Shown: positions 56,951 to 64,000 of the stretch, piece by piece
Numbering within the stretch: the first letter of the stretch is position 1
Layout of the letters: every line of letters begins with the position of its first letter
NCBI RefSeq assembly: GCF_009914755.1
Contig: NC_060933.1
Length of the DNA: 64,000 nt
Direction: 5' to 3' (one strand)
Source of the DNA: the human T2T-CHM13v2.0 reference genome, Homo sapiens
Made by a program: the position numbers and the translations under genes
The notes under the pieces: generated by a model
Database searches by the model: none
Seen by the model: only the letters and a program-made list of their open reading frames with translations
What the model was told of the DNA's origin: nothing

Positions 56951-57099
56951 TAGGACAATTACTCTTGTATTCTGGGTTTCATGCTGATTATTTGTCACCT
57001 GTTTTAGTTGGTGATGTCACCCATGGGTTTTTCAGTTACTTCTCCTAACTCCTCTGCCTGGTGTTTGGTACAGATCCAGACATAAATGAAAGAAAAGGA

Positions 57100-57172
57100 G
57101 ATAGATAGATAGATGGATAGATAGATGATAGATAGATAGATAGGATAGATTAGATAGATAGATAGATAGATA
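57100..57172 (+). repeat. Interrupted (GATA)n STR
   Basis: Directly visible. Confidence 0.92.
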
Positions 57173-57368
57173 CATATTTACATATGTACTTACATACCAT
57201 AGTTTGCTGCTGAGAGTCTCTCCAGTTTATTTTATTTAATATTCTCATAATCTAGAAGCTATTCTCTACAATGATAAAATAATCCAACTCTCAGGCAATG
57301 CTGAGCAAAATATAACGTAACTAATATCTCAACATACTTGACCCTATATTTTATATGAAAATAAATGA

Positions 57369-57857
<489 letters not shown>

Positions 57858-58285
57858 CTATTCCTATTTTTCCTGGCTTATTCATATTCTAATTCCTCTT
57901 GTTTATATAATTATTCACTTTGATCACCTCATATATCTTATCTTTTTCGGGTGGCCTAAAAGCAAAAATATTCTTACAGTCTAGTCAGCATTTGCTGTGC
58001 TTCTTATTATTGTACTTGTTTAGCACAAACTTGATGCTGATTCTACTTCTCATTCTTCATGACAAAACAAGTGGAAAAAATATCTGGGAATTGGCTCTAT
58101 GACATGGCTAAATAACACTAATATGGGTCTTGTGCTCTTAATCTATAAAATGGGAATAATAAAAATAGCAAGTCTGTAATCACTGCTATATGAAAACCCC
58201 GAGTTTTATGAGTGCTTCTGGGAATACCTAGTAAAGAAAACATATCTGTGTGCTTTATCTTTTAATAGTTAAAAACAGTTTTGAC

Positions 58286-58440
58286 AATAAGTAGTTTATA
58301 TTTATTAGTTATTATAATACATATAATTGTAAATAGTTTATAGGTATTAGTTATTATAATATACATGTACATATAACACATTCATATAAACTATAAGTAG
58401 TTTATACATATTAGTAATTATAATATACCTATTATAATAA
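58286..58440. repeat. Degenerate AT-rich minisatellite (three copies of a taagtagtttata...tattagt.attataata unit)
   Basis: Copies start near 58288, 58330 and 58394. Confidence 0.6.
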
Positions 58441-60317
58441 CTAAGAATAGAAAAGCAATGTAGAAACTAAGAGTTATATAATACCCATAGTAATTAATCA
58501 ATAAGCAAATACTATTTTTAGTATTTTTATACTATTTGTATATGTATTCATTACTTTATGTATATAATTCTTTATATAATTCTTAGGTTCTATAATACCT
58601 TTATTCTGTATATTTTGAATTATGTATTTAAAAGCCTAATATATTTCTAATTTGCAGAAAACAAGGAAAATTGTCTTCCTTCAATTATTATAAGTATGCA
58701 TTTCTTTATCCAGGGAGGCTAAAAGGCAAGATCATAACAAGCTATTATATGGAAAATTAGTTCTTCAAAATATTCCTTTTAAAATTGAGGCAACAGAATC
58801 ATTTTTCCCTCTCATTGTATGTTTAACTTAAAATTGTTTCAACAACAATATGTAGATTGCCAGTTCAAGTTCTCAGGTGTAACAAGACTCACATTTCTTT
58901 GTTATACAATATAATATAAATATAAAGTAAAACATTATATTAAAATGAAAGTTTTATAATATTTAGACATTAATATCTCAGCCTTTCATTAGCATATTAT
59001 TTGAAGAAAGGCATTCACTTTTTCACAGGTTACTTCCTTGCTCCTGAAAATGACGATGTTCTATTTTCTACTATTTTTGTCTAAAAATTTAAACAGGTTA
59101 GTATATCCTCTGCATAAATGCTACAAAATACAATGCACAATAATTTTGTTAAAATTACTAAATATTAGTAAAAAATTCGATTAGTTTTCTTAATAATTGT
59201 TTCCTTATTTTTCATATCTATATATGCAGTCATTCTAAAGTTAAGGACTACTCTCTTGATAATGGAGAAATCTTTCAACACACAAAAACAAAATTTTTAT
59301 TGTCTTTTAAATAGGTCCTGAGAAGAGGATTAGAAAAAGGCAACACATCAAAAAGTTAAGAGGCAGAAATAGCTTTTATGTTGCTGGTAAATTTAATGAG
59401 ATCTTAAGTTTTTCGACTGGCAAGTCTCATCTCTTTGAGCATCTCAGTGAAGACTGTCAGAAATCATCAAAATTCAACACAACAGAGTAAAAGCTAATAG
59501 CATTTTTGTTATACCAAAACTGAAAGGATTGGTAAGACTCAAAATGAATGCTATTACTGAAAATCTTCTTTTATCTAATTCTTTGTGCAGTGAGTGAAAA
59601 TTGAACAAATACATATCCTTTTTATGGTGTTAAAATGAATTCTGACACTATTAAACAAATATTCTTTGGTCCTAAGACCTCCTCAATACTTCTTTCACAA
59701 GCAGTATTATTAGAATATCCTATGTGACTCTAGTTCAAAATATTCTGGCTATCATTTGATTATTTTCTGTGAAATAAAAATGCAGCACTCCATTTTTTAA
59801 AAAATACTGTGTTTTGATGAAGAAGGAAGTTTTTGAGTGGTTATCACATTAGAGAAATTTTTATTGTAATCAACCTTTGATAATTTCTGACATGATTAAT
59901 ATTTATCTTCTTTTCTAGATGTTCTTAAGTAACAAAAAGCAATAAAGATAAAATACAGGACATCAAAGATATCACATACATTCATATATCTCAAGAAATG
60001 AAAGCAATGAAAGAGCTGTGATATGATCCATATTTTTTGTTTATTGACAACTAATGCAAAATTCCAAACAATAATGAAGCAACTACAGATTGGGGAAAAT
60101 AGTAAATCAGAAAGAGCAATTGAGAGAGCCTTTTTAGAAAAAAGTTTTCTCCTTTGGAATTATGTTACATTTTGAGTAATTATTATGATATTCAACCATT
60201 AATTTATACATTTGTTTTTAATTTAACATATATTTTGAGTACTAAATATATCAGGCACTATTATAGGTGCTTGTGCTAATTAACAACCAGTTTTCTAGAA
60301 TGTGTAAAGTGCCATAG

Positions 60318-60460
60318 AAAATACCTCTTGGGTTCTATGCTCACTACCTGGATGATGGGTTCAGTCATACCCAAACCTCAGCATCATGCAGTATACTCTG
60401 TAACAAACACTCACATATATCCTCAAATCTAAAAGTTGAAATTTAAAAAAAAAATAAAAA
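60318..60460 (+). mobile_element. L1PA16-like extreme 3' end
   Basis: ttgggttctatgctcactacctggatgatggg...aaacctcagcatcatgcagtatac...aaagttgaaatt plus A tail. Confidence 0.8.
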
Positions 60461-60683
60461 GCAAATAATTATATTAAGTATATTAACTAAAACAAAACTG
60501 ATTCCGTTTTAGAAAAAGAATTTAGAAATGAGGGGGAGTGGAGACTAGAATAACACTTATGGTGTTCAATCAGAATCAAAACTATCAATATATACTTAAG
60601 TTTACTTTTTTTCTACGTTAGATAGAAATTGAAAAGAATGTGTAGATATATAAATAGACCTAGACGCACATGTTTGTGTGTGA

Positions 60684-60995
<312 letters not shown>

Positions 60996-61854
60996 GAATG
61001 TGTGTATATTTCTTAATTTTAACCACTAAGACTAGAAGCAATAACATTTTAATAGCAATCAGCACATCTAGCATTCAAATCTTGGATTCACTTTTTTCTT
61101 CTTTAAAAGGATACAGAGCTCCTTGGATCAATGCCTGATTCTAGGTGCATGCGGCAGAAAGAACAAAATGGGTCTGAGACATCTGTTGTTGTTAAGAAAA
61201 TAAGGAAGTCTCAACTAATGATTGAGACATGCCAAAGAACATAGGAGCTAACTAGAAGTGGCTCTCAGTGACCCAAACTGAGATAAATTGAACAAGGGAA
61301 TAAATAATGATGGCAATAGATTATTCAGATTAATTAAACCAAATACACATGAATCCACACTAATATAAATAAATAATTGGATAAATAAGAAAAGTGGGAC
61401 AAAGGAAAGCTTTTCCATACAGTAGAATTCTAATCAATAAATATAGAAAGAATAGTGGAAATAGATTCTCATTTCTTGGCAAATACCACATAATTGTTGC
61501 AGACAAGTCTGCTAAAATTAGTGGATACAATTATGAGAAACAAGATATTTACATAATCTCCAAGTATCTCTCAACAAAATACTGATTTTAAAAATGGTAA
61601 CTTTGAAGTGGAGAAATGTGGCAGACAATGTCTTATTCAAGTGATCAGAGTTAACGTCAACAATATTAGGACACGATAATATCATGTGCCTCCTGATATG
61701 ATGCACTGAGAAGGACAACCTCGGCATTGTGGCATTCTTGCCAAAATATATTATGTGAATTTAACCATGAAGAAATATTAGAAAAAAATCAAACTTCAAA
61801 ATAATCTACAAAAAACAAGTATCAAGGGCATGAAAGACAAAAAGAAAAGCTGAA

Positions 61855-62158
61855 TTTTCTTTTTTAACTTTTTTTTTTTTTGAGATGGAGTCTTGCACTG
61901 TTGCCAAGGCTGGAGTGCAGAGGCGTGATCTCTGCTCACTGAAAGCTCCGCCTCCTGGGTTCACGCCATTTTCCTGCCTCAGCCTCCCAAGTAGCTGGGA
62001 CTACAGGTGCCCGCCACCACGCCAGCTAATTTTTTGTATTTTTAGTAGAGACGGGGTTTCACCGTTTTAGCTAGGATGGTCTCCATCTCCTGTCCTCATG
62101 ATCCGCCCGCCTCGGCCTCCCAAAGTGCTGGGATTACAGGCATGAGCCTCCGCACCCG
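61855..62158 (-). mobile_element. AluY
   Basis: aagctccgcctcc, gttcacgccatt, gggactacagg, ggatggtctc. T tail. Confidence 0.9.
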
Positions 62159-62589
62159 AATAAAGAAAACTAAAGAAATGTAGCAGATAAATGCAATATG
62201 TGACCCTGATTTTGATCCTAGTTAAAAAACATTAGTGGAACCATGAACAAAATATGTAAATAAGGTCTGTAGGTAAGTAACTAATTCCGTATCAATTTCC
62301 TAATGTGAGTAACTGTACTCTTAGATATGGTGTTAGCAGTCAAGAAGCTGGGTGAAGAATATATAGGAATTCTTGATTTTTTTAAATATATTTTTGTAAG
62401 CTTTAAAGTAGTTCAAAATGAAAATTTTAAAATAAAATGAATAAAAAAGAAAAAGGATAGGATGGATCTTCTGAAGTATTGTGCTAAATATGAAATTCAT
62501 GGTCCATCCCTGAGGTCTTTTATATTACAGTGTTTAAGATATAAAATAAATGTAAAGAAAACCAAAGAATGATCAATAGTGATTAAAGT

Positions 62590-62960
62590 TATCACTATTT
62601 CTGGATAAAACATGTTCTACGATAGCACATAACTGGTGATAGCTTGGAGTCATGTGAAGACCTCTCCAAGAAAATGAAATGTAAAGTGATGACTTAAATA
62701 TGGAAAAGGAACCATTTGATTAAAAAGCCAAACTATGAAGCTTCAAAGACAAGATGTTACCTTGTGCAAAACCCTGACATGGGGAAAAACTGTGTTTCAA
62801 GAGTGGAAAGAGCCCTGTCTCATTAGGAGTGAGGGTCTTGAATGGTGCCTGTGGTTGTAGACAGCAGAGCAGAGCTTTAGCATCCTGGAGATTTGTAATT
62901 GTACTCCACAAGTAACTAAAGGATTTAAGGCAGAGGAGGGAAAGAATCTTGCTTACATTA
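62590..62960 (-). mobile_element. L2 fragment
   Basis: gaagacctctccaagaaaatgaaatgtaa...ttgtgcaaaaccctga...actaaaggatttaaggcagagg. Confidence 0.5.
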
Positions 62961-63808
62961 CAAAAAATAAAAAAGAAAAAGAAGAAATAAAAAAATAGAA
63001 AAAAAGTAATATATATTATTATTATTACATTGGTTTATAGTAATTGGTTTATATCTAATTTGTTTCCCTGTGTTTATAATACATATATATCTCTGCCTCT
63101 TAAACCAAGAATAATTTTTACAGGGACAAGAATAAACACAAGGAAATGAATTAGAAAACTATTAAAGTGAAAGGACAAGAAGGTGGAGACCTTGTTCAAA
63201 ATAATGAAATACATATTTAAGATATGTGCAAGTTTGAAGAAAAGAGCCACTGATAGGGTTTTGGTGTATTAGATAAGATAAAATCAATGGGAACACCAGC
63301 TGAAGTAAACAAACAAGCATACACACACAAACTGGGAAGCAGAGAAAATAACAAAACTCTACTTAAAACATTATGAATTTCAGTTGTCTATAAAACAATC
63401 CACATTTGATATTAAGTAAGTAGATGACTATGCAAAGCTCTAACTCAGAGAAGATACCAAAATTGGAAATATTCTGAGATGCTATCATGTAACTGGCCTT
63501 TAAACTCATGAAAATGCTTGAGAACACTCAGGGGAAAAAGTGAGTAAGTAGAGAAAAAAGAAAGTACTCAGCTAAGTGGATTGAAGACAGTACAGGAAAT
63601 ATTGAAGGAGACTGTCTATTGTTTGATTGATTTCTTTCAAAGAAAGAATACAAAGTAAGTTGATAACTGAAGGACAACGGTAGGTCAATGTAAACTTTTA
63701 ACAAAAAGGGAATTATTCATTAATGAGAATGATAGTACTAAAATGAGAGGGAGAGCTAAGGGACAGAATTTACTTAATATTGGGAGATCTCATCAATTTA
63801 GCATAAGA

Positions 63809-64000
63809 CAGGGTCCTCATGGAGAACCTCTGCTAGGGCAGTGCAGAAGGAAAATGTGGGGAGGGAGCCCCCACACAGAATCCCTACTGGGGCACCACCT
63901 AGTGGAGCTGTGAGAAGAGGGCCACGGTCTTCCAGACCCCAGAAGTGTAGATCCACTGACAGCTTGCACTGTGTGCATGGAAAAGCTGCAGACACTTAAC
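63809..64000 (+). mobile_element. THE1/MST MaLR internal fragment, runs off the window end
   Basis: ctcatggagaacctctgctagggcagtgcagaagg...gagcccccacacaga..ccctactggggcaccacctagtggagctgtgagaagagggccac. No 5' LTR before it. Confidence 0.88.

Overview
AT-rich, CpG-poor, repeat-dense primate genomic DNA. It is almost certainly human, because it carries an AluYb9 with the Yb 7-bp insertion and an AluYi6. I see no supportable protein-coding exon, RNA gene, CpG island or CRISPR-like array. The long ORFs in the track are L1 ORF2 remnants, Alu/LTR read-throughs or microsatellite translations. The window is a mosaic of about 17 Alus (J, S, Y, Yi6, Yb9), L1s of several ages (L1ME/MC/MA/PB/PA, including a 2.1-kb 5'-truncated L1PA3-like copy with a 16-bp TSD), L2/MIR, solo LTRs (LTR12F, MER4-, MER57-, MER77-, MER31- and MLT1-types), THE1 internal fragments at both ends, DNA transposons (MER6A, Tigger1, MER8, MER58A, MER5) and microsatellites. 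I found no convincing new biological system. The best leads are (1) an intact ERV9/LTR12F promoter inserted in a MIR that now holds a consensus 5' splice site about 100 bp downstream, a candidate TE-built first exon; (2) a ~150-bp segment copied 1.8 kb downstream behind an Alu tail and bracketing a micro-exon-like unit; (3) a ~33-bp-arm AT-rich inverted repeat; (4) a perfect palindrome exactly at an L1 5' junction; and (5) two very young Alu insertions. Repeat subfamily names come from remembered consensus sequences, not from a search. Boundaries of old repeats are approximate.
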